Shown piece after piece: positions 60,098-64,000 of a stretch of 64,000 bases of DNA. This DNA comes from Macrostomum lignano (taxonomy: Eukaryota): NCBI GenBank assembly GCA_002269645.1, contig NIVC01003467.1, forward strand, positions 32,441 through 96,440, written 5' to 3'. Each line of letters starts with the position of its first letter. The first letter of the stretch is position 1. The notes under the pieces are model-generated. The model searched no databases and was not told where the DNA came from. It saw only the letters and a program-made list of their open reading frames with translations. Position numbers and translations under genes: made by a program.

Positions 60098-61713
60098 ATG
60101 GACACCAAAGCGACGTGCTTCGTGAGACTGTGCAGAAATCCGTCAGCCAGTAAGTCTCCGATCTCGGACCAGCCGCTCTGTGAGCACCATCTGCAGGCCG
60201 ACCTGCGCAGGTGCGAGAATGCGGAGGCCGCTGTCGCGGATAGAATCGCTCACTTTCGCAATTACCAGCGCCCGCTGCGTCTCATGCAGCAGAGGCTGGC
60301 GTCCGACATGGAGCTTCTCTGTGACACCTTTCAAGATCTGCGCGACTCATTCGAAAAGTGCCAGGCGGAGCTCACTGAAGCCGTCAACAAGCACTACGAA
60401 AAGATGTCGGAGTCTCTTGCGACTCTAGCTGTAGTTGACGAACTTGAGACGGAGTTCAGGACAGCGAAAAACGAGAGAAACCTGAGACAGGCTTTCCTCA
60501 TCACGGAGAATATGGACAAGTCGCTTGAGTCACTTGAGCTTAACTCAGAGCTTGTGTGCATGAATGAAGGGAAAACCGAGGTCACGATGGCTGCCTTCCC
60601 GGATGTCAACTCGATGGTTAGAAACCTGCAGATGAGCTTCGATATGTCGCTTCAGCTTGCTCAGAATTTGGTTAAAAGCCTTGATATTCGTGCTAGCAAA
60701 AGCCAGAGTGTCCCAAATACTGACGCAGTTCCAAAACAAAATAATATCCAACTCAGCGGAACCCCATCTTGCTTGACAGTGTGGAATAGCACTGAGGGCT
60801 TTGCTCTTGACGGTTCTGGTAGCATCGTTGGAGCTAAAACAGCGACTGGAGGTTGTAAATCGCGTACAAAGTGCGTGCCTCAACCAGGCTCGGAAGATAT
60901 CAAATACCTCAGCCAGCTACTGAAGTCACCGAAACATCTCAGACAACTACTAAAGAGACCCAAGTGTCTGAAATACGTCAGCTGCCTCCCAAATCCATTC
61001 TTGTCGCCGTGGATCGTTCTGCCAGCGAGAAAAATGTCGTTTTGGTTTCATTCGACTCTGAGGAGGTCGGCAAGGTACCCGGCAGCTGGGAGCAGCCCAT
61101 CAGAGACCTTCACTCCGACACAAAACTGCAACTGCTGTTCATCGTCCAAGATCTACAGCTGATCATCGCCGACATGTGCGGAGTGGAGCAGTCTCGAGTC
61201 GGCGTCTCTGACCTGCAAGATGACGTGCAGAAGCTGCGCTGCATCGCCGGAGACTCTGACAAGCTGTTCATCCTCGCTGAGCGAGCCGACGGCAAGCCGG
61301 TGATTTTCGGACTGTCCAAGAAGTCGAATGAAGTCCAGCTGAAGCTTGCGGTGACCGGCATCGACAAGGCGGGCGCCAGGCCTCAGATTTCTGTGAGGGA
61401 CCGCATGCTGTTTGTTGATGACGGTGAGAAGCTGGACACAGTGTGCTCCATCACTGGGATGCTGCTGGCCTCGAACAGTGTGCAGGACAAAGGAAAGTTC
61501 GACTTGAATGCTGAACTGCTGCGAGGCAACCGAAACATGGCCGCCCTCGTTGCTCAGCAGGTCAGCAGCGGCTTCGGAACGCCCTACTTCGGTGCTGCAA
61601 TCAAAGTTCCGTTCAACGACGACTCGGTGATTGAGTTCAGCACCGACAGCAGGCGCTGCGTGGCCTTCGATGTGGCTAACAATTCCTTGAGACAGCGCGT
61701 CTTTGAAATCTGA
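60098..61713 (+). CDS. Zn-knuckle/coiled-coil/propeller-like protein, mirror copy with one apparent 1-nt frameshift (~60898)
   Basis: ORFs 60098-61162 and 60871-61713 together rebuild the 538-aa protein at 27079; the lesion is TT>T (GAAGACATTCAA vs GAAGATATCAA). Confidence 0.7.
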
Positions 61714-63184
61714 ACTCCGACTGTCTTTGTGTAGCACAATCATACCGACTTGATATCGATTTTCAGTAGACTTTAGACTGGGCAGTAAACAAAAAGTAGT
61801 AAACGAAAATTTTATTTGAATTTAATTGGTATAAGTATGACTTTTTTTAGTTTTCAAAGCTTCCTTTTATTCGTAGAAATTTATTTAGACTGTCCTCATC
61901 ATAATGCTCCTCATCATAATTCTCTGTCTGTTATCTTCCCAGCTTTTTCCCAATATTTATGCTATCATACGCGATTGATTAGCTGTTAGATTTTTCCATT
62001 AGATAATTTTTAACCCTACTATCCCTACTTTGTGACAAGAGCTATTATTTTATCCATACTTCCATTGTTATCTCGGTTGGTGTAAGAAACATGCGAGAGG
62101 TTGTTGGAAAGTTCGGACACATTATCATAGAGTAATAATAGAAACAACTTTGGTGTCATTTTAATTTTTTGAAAGTGACAGCGATTTGATGATTTTCAGG
62201 CTTGATGGTTTCTGAACCATTGCTGTGAGTTAATTAAATAGCTCAAACTGGATCTTCTTTCTACTATCTCCCAGATCGTTTGAGGAGGTGAGTTGGTGCC
62301 AGCAGGCTGTTCTGATGCGATTGACGCGATGGGGGAAGTGTGATGCTACAGATGGAGACTGTGTTGAGAAGGCTGCCTTAAGAGGGATAATGATGATAAC
62401 TAAAGCCAACAAACCTGTATATCTACATGTATATTCGCTATCACTTCCATTGCTGGACTATCAGCGACATTGCGATGATTTTCCAAGCGTAGTTTTTTTA
62501 ATAGAAGGATCATAACATACGAGGTCTAATTTTTTAAAAGAAAAAATGAGAACTTTGTTGTAATTTTTAGGTGCTTTCGTTTTTGCCCTGGTAAGTGTCA
62601 GTAGGTTTGAGTGATCAGTACAAGTAATTTCGTTGGTGTCTTCTGGAAAGAAAAATCAATAATTTTAACTTTGTAGGCATTAATTGTACCAAATTAAGTT
62701 AGAACAATAAAAAACCGTCCTACGAGTGTACTAAATACAATACTTAGACTGTCTGCAACGCAGCTATGACCCGCTATTCTTAAGCTTTTAAATTATCAAT
62801 TTGCATCTCTAGCATCATATCTGCGTCTACTGCACCACAAGGGCCCACAAAATATACTGACGCAGCCTCTACAGCAGCGTTTGTTGGGTTTGGCCTGATA
62901 TTTCAGCTTTTCTATCCTACACAGTATTCTCTAAGTACAGTTAAGTCGTGCATGCACAGCTTGCAATTTTTGCTTTCTAGTGCAGGAAATTTGAACCCCT
63001 ACGAGTGCTCGTAAAAAGCACAAATGAAGCCTTCATCAGCTTTAATTCGCATTGTGAACGTACAGCGCAGTACATTTTAAAATGACCGTACGAGTCAGAC
63101 TTAAGAAACTCCTTACAGAAACGAAGACAGGCTTCCTGTAACTGGCCCGAATAACTCCCACGAAAATAAAACCAATTGCAAGCT

Positions 63185-64000
63185 ATGGAGCCACCTTGTC
63201 GCTGTTCCGTGCGACTCTGCCGCAGTGCTGCTACAAGCGATTCTCCAATCACCTGCCAGCCTCTCTGCGTCTCGCACCTGCAAAACTACTTTGCTGAATT
63301 AGACGCGTTGGAAGCCTCAGTCGCTGAGAAGATACATCACTTCAAGGCATATCAAGCGTCAATGAGACTGATGCAGCAGAGACTCACGTCTGACCTGCAG
63401 CTTCTTGATGACTCATTCGCCGAACTCAGAGAGACATTGGACCGGTGCCAAAGTGAGCTCTGTGCTGTCGTTACTAAACAGCATGACGAGCTAATGGTCT
63501 CTCTATCAAGTGTCTCGGAGCTGGAAGACTCTGAGAGAGAGTTAAAGCAAGCAAAGAATAACAACAATATGAGGCAGGTCTTCCTCGTCAACAGGAGCTT
63601 GGAGGCATCGCTAAGAACGCTTCAGTTGGACTCGAAGCTGGTGAAAATGGATGAGGATAAAGGGAAAGTCGAGCTTGTCGCTTATCCAGATTTGAACTCG
63701 TCAGTAAGGGAGCTGCAAAATGCCGTAAAATCCGAGCTGACAATGTTAAAAAAGTATGTTGAACAGATCGATGTTTCTGACTCTGTCCGATGCGACAAAA
63801 TTAAGCTGAAAGCAAAGAAAAGCAGAAAAGAAGCAAAGCTTCGAGCCACGTGTCTTACCGTGTGCGGCAACACCGCTGGTTCGTCATACATGACTTGGAT
63901 ATCGTTAAGAAGTCTGCCGAGCATTCTACAGATCCCAGCCGACTGCCTCAGCCAAGCATTTTTGTAGCTGTTGAGGTTCAGGTTGCCTCGGAGAGCTCGG
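63185..64000 (+). CDS. Diverged tandem paralogue of the Zn-knuckle/coiled-coil gene (runs off window)
   Basis: ATG 63185; CSVRLC..SDSPITCQPLCVSHL; MRLMQQRLTSDLQLL; MRQVFLVN. After an apparent frameshift near 63880 it reads SRLPQPSIFVAV, matching RQLPPKSILVAV. Confidence 0.75.

Larger units (their letters stand above)
45074..62827. repeat. Right arm of ~17.7-kb inverted duplication
   Basis: Reverse complement of 26005-43623; homology ends near 62827. Confidence 0.95.

Overview
Eukaryotic (metazoan) genomic DNA: GT-AG introns, GC-rich exons and many intronic tandem repeats. The style suggests the flatworm Macrostomum, but that is inference. Left third: two divergently oriented paralogues encoding ankyrin repeats fused to a MAP3K/STE-like kinase with an atypical HRDINCAN catalytic loop (6-exon model on -, ~6-exon model on +), a decayed DIRS/Ngaro tyrosine-recombinase retrotransposon, a secreted WSC+PAN-like gene interrupted by an RTE LINE, several MITEs and a Penelope-type minimal hammerhead ribozyme motif. 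The right ~38 kb is a giant inverted duplication (about 26005-43623 vs 45074-62827) centred on a 971-N gap. Each arm carries the 3' half of TTC21B/IFT139, whose introns are mostly minisatellite arrays, plus a WSC+PAN gene, a dead P-element-type transposase and an intronless Zn-finger/coiled-coil/propeller-like gene. A further paralogue of that last gene runs off the right edge. The palindrome may be an assembly join of two haplotypes or homeologues. All exon models were read by hand from splice signals and frame continuity; no database search was run.
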